Shown: positions 51,756 through 61,006 of the stretch, piece by piece | Numbering within the stretch: position 1 is the stretch's first letter | How the letters are laid out: each line of letters begins with the position of its first letter | DNA from: Gammaproteobacteria bacterium | GTDB taxonomy: Bacteria; Pseudomonadota; Gammaproteobacteria; Chromatiales; Chromatiaceae | Length of the DNA: 64,000 bases | Reading direction: 5' to 3' | Assembly: GCA_020445415.1 (NCBI GenBank) | Contig: JAGRGP010000030.1 | Span: 14,111-78,110, forward strand | The notes under the pieces: generated by a model | Told to the model about the DNA's origin: nothing | Seen by the model: only the letters and a program-made list of their open reading frames with translations | The model's database searches: none | Position numbers and translations under genes: made by a program

Positions 51756-52202
51756 TCAGCGCAACAGGGCGCTGACCACCCGGTCCTCAAGCTCGATACG
51801 GCTGGCCAATTCGGCCCCCAGCAGTGATAGATCCTCGTCTAGTTGCTCCTGGGGCTGCCCGTGGTCATTGGAATCGTACTTATCGTTAAAGGCCACGGAT
51901 AACTCCGCCACCTCTGCGATTCTTGGATACACCTCTTCGGCGACCTTAAGTACTTCGGATCGACGCTCATCGCCCTGGCTGATTCGGTTGTAGACCTCAA
52001 AGTGCCCAAAGGCGATATAGTCCATGAGGATCTGGCAAAACCTGCGCAGTTGCTTCTTATTGGAACGGTCGGGCGTATAGGGTTCCAGCCCCGCAAGTTG
52101 GCAGTAGAGCACCCACATCTCCTGGCGCTCGGCAAGCCACTTGTCGACCATCTCCCGGGTACGCACACGCCTGTCAGAGGCCATTTCTTTTCCCTTCACC
52201 AT
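51756..52202 (-). CDS. rsd: Rsd/AlgQ family anti-sigma-70 regulator
   Basis: 148 aa with VDKWLAERQEMWVLYCQL and FCQILMDYIAFGHFEVYNRI, the Rsd hallmark region. Confidence 0.85.
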   Translation of the reverse strand: MVKGKEMASDRRVRTREMVDKWLAERQEMWVLYCQLAGLEPYTPDRSNKKQLRRFCQILMDYIAFGHFEVYNRISQGDERRSEVLKVAEEVYPRIAEVAELSVAFNDKYDSNDHGQPQEQLDEDLSLLGAELASRIELEDRVVSALLR

Positions 52203-52394
52203 GGACCTTGATCCTAAGCTGTCGTTTGATTGATATAATTTGCAAATGATTCTATCACAACTGGACTCAAGCTAAATGTATCCTCATGGGGCCAGCACTA
52301 TCCGCTCCCGCATGAGTGGCCGGAAAAAGCAGATGGCTAATTGCAACAAAATCGGAAGTCGCCATCTTAAATCTCACACCTTGTACGCCGTGGA

Positions 52395-53045
52395 TTGAGT
52401 AGCCAACAAATGACTGAATTTAAAGCCATCGTGCTGTTAATCCTGATATCTGCAACAACCGTATACGCCGACGCAAACCGGTACCGGCCAATGGCCGAGT
52501 CCATGTTCGACATGATGGATGCGTTTTCGACGGCCTATCAAAATCGCCAAGGACACCGGGAAACGTCCTCCTCGGCCTGGCCGGGAGTCAGCTCAGGCTG
52601 GGCGCAAACCCCCTCCCAATGGGGCAACTCCCTTCCCATGTCACCGGGCGGCCCCCAGTGGTGGATGTATGGCAGTCAAATGTTCCCGGGGAGCGGCTGG
52701 AATTCCTATCTTCCCGGCCCGTATGCTCCTGGTTTCCCGACCGGACAGATGTGGCCATCCCCGGCAGCGGTTCCCTATGTGACACAATCCTCGCCACTTA
52801 ACGGCGCCTGGCTGGGTCAGACGGGGGAACGGCTACTAATCCGCGACGGCCGTTTTCACCTTTCACGCTATACCCGCGGATCCCGAGAAGGTTATCTGCG
52901 GATATTGGACAGCAGTCGGGTCCTGCTCACACCGAGTTCTGGAGGCAATGCGGTGGCGTATGAATACGCAATCAAAGATGACCGCCTGGTACTACGGGAC
53001 CCCCAGCTGAACCTGCTGCTGTTCCGGCGAGCCGAAGGCAGGTGA
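52395..53045 (+). CDS. hypothetical secreted protein (Trp/Pro/Gly-rich middle, beta-rich C-terminal module)
   Basis: 216 aa from a TTG, or ATG 52410. The signal-like segment is FKAIVLLILISATTVYA|D. I recognise no family. Confidence 0.5.
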   Translation: MSSQQMTEFKAIVLLILISATTVYADANRYRPMAESMFDMMDAFSTAYQNRQGHRETSSSAWPGVSSGWAQTPSQWGNSLPMSPGGPQWWMYGSQMFPGSGWNSYLPGPYAPGFPTGQMWPSPAAVPYVTQSSPLNGAWLGQTGERLLIRDGRFHLSRYTRGSREGYLRILDSSRVLLTPSSGGNAVAYEYAIKDDRLVLRDPQLNLLLFRRAEGR

Positions 53046-53144
53046 CACGCCGAGAAACATGGCCGACTTGCAGGCATCCTGCATGGGAAGGTAAAAAGTA
53101 CACTGTCGGCGACTGAACCCGCTCATCAAAATGAGGCAACAAGC

Positions 53145-54098
53145 GTGAAATCAAGAAAAGTATGCATTCTCGGAGGAACCGGCTTTGTCGGCCGGCACCT
53201 GATTTACCGTCTGACTTCCCAGGGAGTATGCTGCCGGATTCCGTCACGCCATCCCCAACGCCATCGTACCCTGGGACTATACAACGCTACCGAACTGGTT
53301 CAGTGCGATCCGTTTCAGGACGACCAACTCAATGCCGCGGTAACCGGTTGCGATACGGTGATCAATCTCACCGGAATACTAAACGAAGCGCATTCGGGAA
53401 CCGATTTCCAACGGGTGCATGTAGAATTGACTGAGCGAGTGGTTAAGGCTTGTGGTAACGCCGGGATCGAACGACTACTACACATGAGCGCACTCAACGC
53501 CGACGAAACTGAGGGTCCCTCGGATTATCTCAAGACCAAGGGTCGGGCCGAGAACCTAGCGCATACCCTGGGTTTGCCCCAGCTCAAGGTAACCAGCTTT
53601 CAGCCCTCGGTTATCTTTGGGCCCGGCGACAGCTTCTTCAACCGTTTTGCCGATTTACTCAAGGCCATCCCGGGCCCCTTTCCACTCGCCTGCCCGGAAG
53701 CCCGGTTTGCCCCCGTCTACGTTGGAGACGTCACCCAAGCATTTAGTCACGCGCTGAACAATGAGGGCTGCTGGGGAAAGCGTTACCAATTGTGCGGACC
53801 CCAGATCTTCACGCTGAGGGAGTTGGTCGAATACACGGCAACCCAGCTAGGACTGGAAAAGCGAATATTTGGCTTGAGTGATGGCATGTCGAGACTGCAG
53901 GCTAGGATAATGGACTGGGTCCCCGGCAAACCCTTCAGCTCGGATAACTATCGATCCCTGCAGATCGATAGCCTGTGTTCCCAAAATGGCTTGGAGAAAC
54001 TGGGAATCATGCCTGCCACCATCGACAGCGTGGTGCCCTTTTATCTTTCCGAAAAATCCGAGCGGCGCCGTTATCAGTTGCTGCGAAAGCTCGGCTGA
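53145..54098 (+). CDS. NAD(P)-binding extended SDR, complex I NDUFA9-subunit-like family
   Basis: 317 aa, GTG start. Rossmann motif ILGGTGFVGRHL, plus YLKTKG and PSVIFGPGDSFFNRFADLLKAIPGPFPL...FAPVYVGDV. Confidence 0.7.
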   Translation: MKSRKVCILGGTGFVGRHLIYRLTSQGVCCRIPSRHPQRHRTLGLYNATELVQCDPFQDDQLNAAVTGCDTVINLTGILNEAHSGTDFQRVHVELTERVVKACGNAGIERLLHMSALNADETEGPSDYLKTKGRAENLAHTLGLPQLKVTSFQPSVIFGPGDSFFNRFADLLKAIPGPFPLACPEARFAPVYVGDVTQAFSHALNNEGCWGKRYQLCGPQIFTLRELVEYTATQLGLEKRIFGLSDGMSRLQARIMDWVPGKPFSSDNYRSLQIDSLCSQNGLEKLGIMPATIDSVVPFYLSEKSERRRYQLLRKLG

Positions 54099-55330
54099 CG
54101 ACCCTCCGGCAGTTGTTTGGCGCCGGTGGCCTGAGCTATTCGGGGAGGAATCAGCGGCCGCTCGCAGCCCGGGATTGGGATAATGGCGGCCTCGGGTACA
54201 GGGGGATTTTCTTCCTCCGCCTCACGCAGCAATTGCATTAGATGCTGCTTGCGCGCCTGGGGCGGCAGTCTCCCCAGGTCGGTGACCGCCCGATAAAACC
54301 GTCCTAGATTTTCCCCGGACTGGGTATACAGCCGTTCCAACGCGGGCATCCAGTGCTCATAAGTCGCTACCGAGGCAAGCCGGGCATTGTTGAGGGGGGT
54401 TTTAAACCAGTAGTCAAAACCAGAGTATCCGTCCCAGTCTTGTTTGAAAATCTCATAATCCTTTCGAAGCATGGAGAACAAATGTGATTTGCACTCCAGT
54501 TTCGCGGCATCGGTAATCGGCTGTGCATAAACCCCTTCCAACCGCCCTCGAGTTGCCATCAGCATGCCTACGAATGCCCGCTCCCTTACCCTGCTAACGC
54601 GCCAAATACCCATCGACGAGGGATCTCCCTTGGCTTCAAGCCAATGTTGAACACCGATTTGCTGGACCTGGTTGGCAAAAGCTTCATTGAATGCGCTATC
54701 ACCCGGAACATAAAGCTTCTGGTGGGCCAATTCATGAAAGATGAGGCCAGCGATTCGCCAATCGGCCCAACCCAACAGAGTCCCGGGTATGGGATCATCA
54801 AACCAACCCAGTGACGAGTAGGCCGGAACCGGATCCACCGCCACATCTAACCCTTTCCGCTCCAGAGATTGCCGTTGGTCAAGGGCGTCCTGTCGATCGA
54901 AAAACCCCCGGTAACTGGCGCATCCGATCACCGGATAGCACCATTCCTCGGGATACACCGACAATGGTCCGGTGGCGACCACACTCCAAACCAGCGCCTC
55001 GCCTTCCACCTCGACATAACTGCGATAGCTGCCATTGTCGGGTAGCTCTAAGACCTGGGAGGCAAAATCACGGATCTCACTCACGAGGATCAATTTTGAC
55101 CTAAGCCGCTCCGGAGTATCCCGCTCCTGAATCAATCCAACCACCGATTGCCGTTTTGCCATCAGGGCCAGATGCCCGGAAACCGCCTGGGAATAGTAGT
55201 TAAGGGTGGCACATGCATTCATCATCATGGCGACAATCGCCAACCATAGCAGTCCGACGCCTGTGCGTCCGGGTGGTGCCCACCAGACGCCCCGGGGAGC
55301 TTTTCTCACTTCTCCCGCCGGCGCGGTCAC
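54074..55330 (-). CDS. predicted zinc aminopeptidase (COG4324-like), probable lipoprotein
   Basis: 418 aa with the zinc motif FHELAHQ. The N-terminal hydrophobic segment ends in ...MMMNAC. Convergent 25-nt overlap with the upstream SDR gene. Confidence 0.6.
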   Translation of the reverse strand: MTAPAGEVRKAPRGVWWAPPGRTGVGLLWLAIVAMMMNACATLNYYSQAVSGHLALMAKRQSVVGLIQERDTPERLRSKLILVSEIRDFASQVLELPDNGSYRSYVEVEGEALVWSVVATGPLSVYPEEWCYPVIGCASYRGFFDRQDALDQRQSLERKGLDVAVDPVPAYSSLGWFDDPIPGTLLGWADWRIAGLIFHELAHQKLYVPGDSAFNEAFANQVQQIGVQHWLEAKGDPSSMGIWRVSRVRERAFVGMLMATRGRLEGVYAQPITDAAKLECKSHLFSMLRKDYEIFKQDWDGYSGFDYWFKTPLNNARLASVATYEHWMPALERLYTQSGENLGRFYRAVTDLGRLPPQARKQHLMQLLREAEEENPPVPEAAIIPIPGCERPLIPPRIAQATGAKQLPEGRQPSFRSN

Positions 55331-55338
55331 CTTACACC

Positions 55339-56550
55339 CTACAACCGGTCAAGCCGGTTTTGGAATGAAAACCCCAGAAGAGATTGGGACAATCCACGAC
55401 ACAACCCCAGTACCTTGAACCGCTCCCCCATCTCAGCGGGTAGCGTTAGGCGCTTGACCCCCTGCATCAGCTGTATATGGGCGCGGGTGTCCTCCGGATC
55501 CGACTCCGCCAGCAACCGTTCCAACCCGCACCCCAACAGGAACATGGCTTGCGTGTTGAAACCACAGACCCTGAGCCCCGCGTCAACAGCGGCCGTGGCT
55601 AGGCCGGTAAAATCGACATTAGCGGTTATGTCCTGCAGACCGGGATAGTACAAAGGGTCGGAATGAACGCGATGCCGGTAATGGCACATCAGGGTACCGC
55701 GATCACGCTGGGGATGGTAAAACTCTCGCCGGCTATATCCATAATCGATCAATAAGATAAGGCCCTCCTCGAGACAGCCCGCCAATGCCTCGACCCAAAG
55801 GGGAGCTCTCATGTTGAACTCCGACTCGTAGTCTTCCGGGGTAAAGCCGAGTTCGTCAAACAGCCCCTTAACCGCCGATTCCAGGACGGGTGCGGGACTC
55901 TCCCATACCAGGACCGGACGCCCCCTCCTATCCCGGGCGACATACTGCTCCCAAATCCTGCCATGATCGATTCGAAACCGGTGCACCGGCATCGCATCGA
56001 TCAATTCATTAGCCAGTACAAAGCCTCGAAATCCGGGTTCGGGCAAGCGCTCCAACCACACCACCCGATCTACCAAACCGGGTACCGATCTTTCGAGATA
56101 AGCTCGCTGGCGATTCCGCAAATCGGGACTGACCTCGAGAATGGCATAGCGTTCGGGCAGACAACCCAGGGTTTCCAATTCCGCCAACAGACCAGCCGCC
56201 AGGCGGCCAGAACCGGCTCCGAACTCCAGAACCTCCCCTCCCCCCAGACCTCCCAAGATCTGTCCGCATTGGTTCGCCAAACAGCGCGCAAACAGGGGAG
56301 AGATTTCCGGGGCGGTAACAAAATCTCCAGCCTCGCCAAACTTTCTGGCACCGGCGGCATAGTAACCCAGGCCAGGCGCATAGAGCGCAAGATCCATATA
56401 TTGGTCAAACGGAATCTGCCCACCGCTCTTGTCCATCTCCGCCTCGATCCGTTGCCACAGTCGCGAGCTGTGTTTGCTAGCATCGACATCAGGAGTCGGT
56501 AAAGAAGCGCGCGATGCCCCGGGTGTTTCGGGACGCGAGGAAGAGGACAT
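55339..56550 (-). CDS. class I SAM-dependent methyltransferase, MidA/NDUFAF7 (DUF185) family
   Basis: Start ATG 56550. Motifs PFDQYMDLALYAPGLGYYAAGARKFGEAGDFVTAPEISPLF and VLEFGAGSGRLA. Confidence 0.75.
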   Translation of the reverse strand: MSSSSRPETPGASRASLPTPDVDASKHSSRLWQRIEAEMDKSGGQIPFDQYMDLALYAPGLGYYAAGARKFGEAGDFVTAPEISPLFARCLANQCGQILGGLGGGEVLEFGAGSGRLAAGLLAELETLGCLPERYAILEVSPDLRNRQRAYLERSVPGLVDRVVWLERLPEPGFRGFVLANELIDAMPVHRFRIDHGRIWEQYVARDRRGRPVLVWESPAPVLESAVKGLFDELGFTPEDYESEFNMRAPLWVEALAGCLEEGLILLIDYGYSRREFYHPQRDRGTLMCHYRHRVHSDPLYYPGLQDITANVDFTGLATAAVDAGLRVCGFNTQAMFLLGCGLERLLAESDPEDTRAHIQLMQGVKRLTLPAEMGERFKVLGLCRGLSQSLLGFSFQNRLDRL

Positions 56551-56619
56551 GGGATATCTTACCCAGACGGTTTTGGTTAAAGTCATTCTACCTGAATTAA
56601 TAATAATAGGAGGCAGCCC

Positions 56620-57375
56620 TTGTTAGATTCCCCCGGTGGCCTGACTGGTAAGCTGGCGCTGGTTACCGGCGCGGCGCAACGCATTGGCGCACAGATCAGC
56701 CGGTCTCTGCATCAAGCTGGTATGGATATCTTGATCCACTACCGGCGCTCCCGGCAGGCGGCGGAGCAATTGGCTCATGAACTCGAGAGTGCCCGTCCAG
56801 GATCCGTGGAATTAATCCAGACCGATCTCCTGGAGATGGATGAGCTAGAGCGTCTGGTGGCTTGGGTAGGGGAAGCACGAGGACGGCTGGACTTGCTGGT
56901 AAACAACGCCTCCGTTTTCTACCCTACTCCCTTGGGAACGGTTTCCGATGCCCAGTGGACCGAGCTGATCGGGAGCAATCTAAAAGGCCCGTTCTTTCTC
57001 TCTCAGGGACTAGCACCGCTCCTGCGCGCCGGTCACGGCGCCATCATCAATCTGGTGGATATTCACGGTGATCGCCCCAAGGCAAGGTATCCCGTGTATT
57101 CCATTGCCAAGGCAGGTAACGCCATGATGGTGAAGGCACTGGCCAGGGAACTGGGCCCGGAGATTCGAGTCAACGGGATCTCACCCGGGGCCATTTTATG
57201 GCCAGACGAAAAGATGTCCGATCAAACCCGGGAGACCATTCTTGCACGAACCGCGCTAAAACGGACGGGCAGACCAGAAGATATTGCCGCGGCGGTTTTG
57301 TACCTGGCCAGGGACGCTCGCTACATGACCGGCCAGATACTCACCATCGATGGAGGGAGAAGTGTTCAACAGTAG
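56620..57375 (+). CDS. folM: short-chain dehydrogenase, pteridine reductase / FolM-like
   Basis: 251 aa, TTG start. Motifs LVTGAAQRIG, NNAS and YSIAKAG. Sits next to folK-folB. Confidence 0.65.
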   Translation: MLDSPGGLTGKLALVTGAAQRIGAQISRSLHQAGMDILIHYRRSRQAAEQLAHELESARPGSVELIQTDLLEMDELERLVAWVGEARGRLDLLVNNASVFYPTPLGTVSDAQWTELIGSNLKGPFFLSQGLAPLLRAGHGAIINLVDIHGDRPKARYPVYSIAKAGNAMMVKALARELGPEIRVNGISPGAILWPDEKMSDQTRETILARTALKRTGRPEDIAAAVLYLARDARYMTGQILTIDGGRSVQQ

Positions 57376-57389
57376 GGAGCTTCCGTGAA

Positions 57390-57887
57390 TCAGTGCAGAT
57401 CTAGCTCAATACGCCGCATCTCGTTGGATGCAGGTCCTTGGGCGGCCCAGAGCTCGGCGTAACTTGTACCGAATAGTGGATGCCGCTCTTCTCCGGCGAC
57501 CTCGGCAAGAGGCCCGAGCACAAAGGCATAACGGGTAATTTCGTCACGGGGAATCAGCACCTTTCCGTGCCGCTCGATGACTTGGTTACCATAGGTCAAC
57601 AGATCAATATCCAAAGTTCTCGCAGAGAATTTGCCGGCTTCCCGCTGCCGGCCTTCCTGGACCTCTATCCCGCGCAACAACGTCTTTAGTTCATCGGGTG
57701 ACTTGTCGGTTTCGATCCCCACTACCATATTCAGAAACGGAGCTCCCTCGAAACCCACCGCGCGGCTTTCATATACCGAAGAACTTCTAAGCCCTCCAAA
57801 CTGGCGGCTCAAGGCACCCAGGGCGGCACGGAGGTGACGCTCGCGATCAATGTTACTGCCTAGGCTGAGCCACGCCTTGACCTTCAT
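57390..57887 (-). CDS. folK: 2-amino-4-hydroxy-6-hydroxymethyldihydropteridine diphosphokinase
   Basis: 165 aa with AWLSLGSNI, FLNMVVGIET, RTLDIDLL and IPRDEITRYAFVLGPL. Confidence 0.9.
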   Translation of the reverse strand: MKVKAWLSLGSNIDRERHLRAALGALSRQFGGLRSSSVYESRAVGFEGAPFLNMVVGIETDKSPDELKTLLRGIEVQEGRQREAGKFSARTLDIDLLTYGNQVIERHGKVLIPRDEITRYAFVLGPLAEVAGEERHPLFGTSYAELWAAQGPASNEMRRIELDLH

Positions 57888-58249
57888 CGCGTGCCCCGTT
57901 CGATGACCACACCAACATCCCGGGCACTGCTAACCGCCCCCGCTTTGTTCAATGTCAGCCGCACCCAGGCAACGCCAAACTCCTCCCTGACGATTTCGGT
58001 GCAACGTTCGGCCAGTGTTTCTACCAACTGGAATTGGCTCTCTTCAACAAAGGAGATCAGCCGTTTCGAGACCGCCTTATAATCCAACGCATCCGCGATG
58101 TCCTCCGTTTCAGCCGCCCGGCGTACGTCGGCGCTCATTTCCAGATCCAGGATTACTGGCTGCCTGATCTCGCGCTCCCAGTCATAGATTCCAATTACGG
58201 TTTCTATCCTCAAGCCACGTATAAACACAATATCCATCCGGATCTCCAA
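57884..58249 (-). CDS. folB: dihydroneopterin aldolase
   Basis: 121 aa with DIVFIRGLRIETVIGIYDWER and DYKAVSKR. 4-nt overlap with folK. Confidence 0.9.
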   Translation of the reverse strand: MEIRMDIVFIRGLRIETVIGIYDWEREIRQPVILDLEMSADVRRAAETEDIADALDYKAVSKRLISFVEESQFQLVETLAERCTEIVREEFGVAWVRLTLNKAGAVSSARDVGVVIERGTR

Positions 58250-58525
58250 CTCGCCGCGTCTCGAAAATCCCGTTCATGGTAAAACACTCGGGAACAATTA
58301 CAAACCGGCCGCTGAGAGAAATGAAGGGCTCTACCCGTAACCGCACTCACGGGCACTCCTACCCGCGGAAACTATCCTGGCGAGCGGAACCGATACCCGT
58401 GACGCCCGCTTCGCCAAACCGCGTCGTCACGCTCACCCATCGCCGTGGTAAGATGATAGATAATCTGATCGCACTGCCCGAGGGCATTGGCATACCTATC
58501 GATCCAATTGGCGCAAAGTCATGAC

Positions 58526-59125
58526 ATGACCGGCATCTTGTTTATCCCTATCGCCTATCTGCTAGGCTCGATCTCCAGTGCCATCATTGTCTGCCGCGTA
58601 ATGGGCCTGCCGGACCCCCGTACCGAAGGCTCCAACAACCCCGGCGCCACTAACGTACTGCGCATCGGTGGCAAGAAAGCGGCCGCCTTGACACTACTCG
58701 GAGACATGTTGAAGGGGCTGTTACCGGTTCTCGGGGCAAATCTCCTGGGTGCGTCGCCCGCAATCCTAGCGGGAACCGCCATGGCCGCGTTCCTCGGCCA
58801 TTTATATCCGGTCTTCTTCGGATTCAAAGGAGGCAAGGGAGTCGCCACCGCGCTGGGTGTGCAGTTCGGGCTAGGCTGGGCAATCGGTGGCAGCATAGCC
58901 TTAGTCTGGCTGTTTGTGGCCAAGGTACTCAATATTTCGTCCCTGGCAGCGCTGATATCCATGGGGCTGGCACCGCTCATTGTTTGGTTTTTCCGACCTC
59001 AGTGGGAGCTGATAGTAATGCAACTACTCCTGACCACCATCCTGTTCTGGCGACACCGCACTAACATCAGCAACCTCCTTGCGGGGCAGGAAGGCAAGAT
59101 CGGCAATCAGCCAAACGGCGATTAA
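58526..59125 (+). CDS. plsY: glycerol-3-phosphate acyltransferase PlsY
   Basis: Start ATG 58526. Motifs YLLGSISSAIIV, GSNNPGATNVLR and FKGGKGVAT. Divergent from folB as in E. coli. Confidence 0.92.
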   Translation: MTGILFIPIAYLLGSISSAIIVCRVMGLPDPRTEGSNNPGATNVLRIGGKKAAALTLLGDMLKGLLPVLGANLLGASPAILAGTAMAAFLGHLYPVFFGFKGGKGVATALGVQFGLGWAIGGSIALVWLFVAKVLNISSLAALISMGLAPLIVWFFRPQWELIVMQLLLTTILFWRHRTNISNLLAGQEGKIGNQPNGD

Positions 59126-59304
59126 CTCCCGACTTGTCTCCCAAGCACCAACCCGGCTCCGGAAAGCACTAGCCCAGACCGTATGTCCAAGGCCCCGCGG
59201 AAAACGCGCAGCTTGTTGTCGACCCGTTAACTCGTTGTAGGTAGGGTACAAACCTACACCTGCAGATTAAAATATAAACTCCGGACACCCCCGCGAAATC
59301 AGAC

Positions 59305-60984
59305 TTGCTTGGTATGACGGCAAAACACCAGTGGCATTGGAACATTCCTGAATTCTTCAATATCGGTGCCGCTTGTACCGATCTCCACCTTGGCTCGCCC
59401 ATCGCCCGCCGAATCGCGATGATCGTTGCTGATGACCGCCGGGGATCCAGCACATTGCACTACGCCGAACTCGCGAAACGCAGTAGCCAATTCGCCCAGC
59501 TCTTGCGTAATCTCGATATCGATCCGGGAGAACGGGTGCTGGTGCGGCTACCGAATTGCCTAGATTACCCAGTCGCCTTTCTGGGTACCATGAAACGTGG
59601 CGCGGTAGCGGTCCCCACATCTACTCTGCTAGTAGCCGAAGAGGTCCGCTATCTGCTCGAGGACTCTGGCGCCGCGGTACTCGTGACTCATGGAGAGATG
59701 TGGCCAGAACTCAGGCAGGCTCTGGAGGGGCTAACGGGACTGCGGCATATCATCCTAACCGGTGGAGTCGATCTCCCCCAGGCGATAGCGGGGAAAAGTC
59801 TTCACGATCTGGACGACCTGTTGGTGAAAATCGAGCACTGGGAGAACGTCCACCCCACCCGCAGCGACGACCCCGCCTATCTGGTTTATACCTCGGGCAC
59901 CAGCAGCCGCCCCAAAGGCGTACTGCATGCCCACCGTGCATTGATTGGACGCACTCCAGCCGTCCGCCATTGGTTCGATTTCAGACCGGGAGACCGTGTT
60001 TTACACTCTGGCAAACTTAATTGGACTTACGCACTCGGAACCGGCCTTATGGATCCATTCCACCAGGGACATACGGTGATAGTACATGAAGGCCAAAATG
60101 ACGCCTCGACCTGGCCTCGGCTAATTGCTGAACACAACTGCACTATCTTCATCGGCGTGCCGGCCATCTTCCGCCAGATCTTGCAGAAGACCGATTTCTG
60201 CGCCCGGGACGTTCCGACATTGCGCCATTGCATGAGCGCCGGGGAGCATTTGCCGGACAGGGTGCTGGCGGCCTGGAATCACCGCTTCGGACAAACCATA
60301 TACCAGGCGTTGGGGATGTCCGAATGTTCTTACTACATTTCCCAGGATGTCATTGATCCGATCCGCCCCGGCTCGATTGGGCGCGCGCAACCGGGGCATG
60401 ACATCCAGATTCTGGACGCCGAACTGCAACCCGTGCCTACTAACACCGAGGGCATGATCTGCATACCCTCCGATGACCCCGGCTTGTGTTTGTGCTATTG
60501 GCAAGCGACTGAGGAAAACCGCATCGCCTGGCGGGACGGGTGGTTTCTGACCGGTGACTTCGCGCGGCGGGATGAGGAAGGATATATCTGGTTCTTGGGA
60601 AGACAGGACGACATTATCAACAGTTTCGGTTACCGGATCTCGCCTCACGAGATCGAACACGTCATGAAAAACCATCCGGCGGTGGGTGACTGTGTGGCGA
60701 TCGGCCAACGGATATCCGACGACAGGACATTGATCGCCATCTGTGTTGTTCTCGCGCCTGAAACACAGGCTACCGAGAACGACCTTCTTCACTTTGCAGA
60801 ACAGCACCTGGCCCGCTACAAACGGCCAAGACTGGTGCACTTGTTGCACGATTTGCCCCGCACCAAGAATGGCAAGGTCGTTCGACGGCACCTGTTGGAC
60901 ATGATCGAAGGCACCGCTGCCGCGGAGTCGTCACCTGCCCCAGAGGGGGAGAACCCAGGGAGCTCCGAGCGCCCAGGGCAATGA
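59305..60984 (+). CDS. AMP-forming acyl-CoA synthetase (ANL superfamily), substrate unknown
   Basis: 559 aa from a TTG, or ATG 59314. Motifs A3 YTSGTSSRPKG, A8 GYRISPHEIE, A10 PRTKNGKVVRR (Lys codon at 60874..60876). Confidence 0.85.
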   Translation: MLGMTAKHQWHWNIPEFFNIGAACTDLHLGSPIARRIAMIVADDRRGSSTLHYAELAKRSSQFAQLLRNLDIDPGERVLVRLPNCLDYPVAFLGTMKRGAVAVPTSTLLVAEEVRYLLEDSGAAVLVTHGEMWPELRQALEGLTGLRHIILTGGVDLPQAIAGKSLHDLDDLLVKIEHWENVHPTRSDDPAYLVYTSGTSSRPKGVLHAHRALIGRTPAVRHWFDFRPGDRVLHSGKLNWTYALGTGLMDPFHQGHTVIVHEGQNDASTWPRLIAEHNCTIFIGVPAIFRQILQKTDFCARDVPTLRHCMSAGEHLPDRVLAAWNHRFGQTIYQALGMSECSYYISQDVIDPIRPGSIGRAQPGHDIQILDAELQPVPTNTEGMICIPSDDPGLCLCYWQATEENRIAWRDGWFLTGDFARRDEEGYIWFLGRQDDIINSFGYRISPHEIEHVMKNHPAVGDCVAIGQRISDDRTLIAICVVLAPETQATENDLLHFAEQHLARYKRPRLVHLLHDLPRTKNGKVVRRHLLDMIEGTAAAESSPAPEGENPGSSERPGQ

Positions 60985-61006
60985 GGCCCCGGGACCGGCC
61001 TGGGAC

